DNA of 64,000 nt from the NCBI GenBank assembly GCA_964106645.2, contig OZ067040.1, one strand, 5' to 3'. The notes beneath the pieces are model-generated. The model made no database searches, was not told where the DNA came from, and worked only from the letters and a program-made list of their open reading frames with translations. A program made the translations under genes and the position numbers. Below are positions 63,637 to 64,000 of the stretch, piece after piece. The stretch is from Podarcis pityusensis (lineage: Eukaryota). Numbering within the stretch: position 1 is the first letter of the stretch; each line of letters starts with the position of its first letter.

Positions 63637-64000
63637 CTTAGACCATCTATACAATTTTTTTCAAAACTGAATACGTATATTATCTCATTAAGTTCAAAGC
63701 AGTAAGAGACAGCTACTACAGCAAACACAAGTCAATGGTTAAGATTTTGCTGGGATCCATTTTAATTTATATGAACACTCAGAGTAAGCCAACAATTCTG
63801 AAGCCAAACTGTGTTTTTAATGTCCTTAAAGTTGCATTATTGGAATAATTCCATCTGTAATTATTTCTTAGGTAGCAAGCAGTTTTTTCATTGGGGTCCT
63901 GCATTTCATGTTTTCCATCAACAATAGTTCAGAAAACAGCACAGATAAATGATAACCATAATGAGCCCAATAGCCTTCCTAAATCCAAATTTGGCAGCTC

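Overview
This is eukaryotic vertebrate genomic DNA. The repeat content (BovB, CR1, L2, tRNA-derived SINEs, many MITEs) points to a squamate reptile, and a lacertid lizard is my tentative inference. The window holds most of one minus-strand gene, SIPA1L2 (SPAR2), a Rap GTPase-activating protein with RapGAP, PDZ and SPAR C-terminal regions. I traced 19 coding exons by hand, from the ATG at 50024 down to position 710. All have GT-AG boundaries and chain in one frame, giving 4907 nt (about 1635 codons). The last coding exons lie beyond the window start. The upstream non-coding exon(s) were not located and probably lie beyond the window end. Most other ORFs in the track are intronic noise or transposon fragments. 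The most interesting observations are: (1) two young hAT-type non-autonomous elements with near-identical ~94-bp ends and perfect 8-bp TSDs but unrelated GC/CpG-rich interiors, resembling Pack-type capture of host promoter or 5'UTR DNA; (2) a candidate cryptic terminal exon with a distant branch point, a 108-nt AG-exclusion zone, a stop codon and AATAAA, which would give a truncated isoform ending VLCTCA; (3) a 54-nt cassette exon followed by an RBFOX motif cluster; (4) four uORFs in a 233-nt leader segment; (5) a young BovB LINE nested in a CR1 LINE. Comparisons to human SIPA1L2 and to repeat families are from memory, not from database searches.
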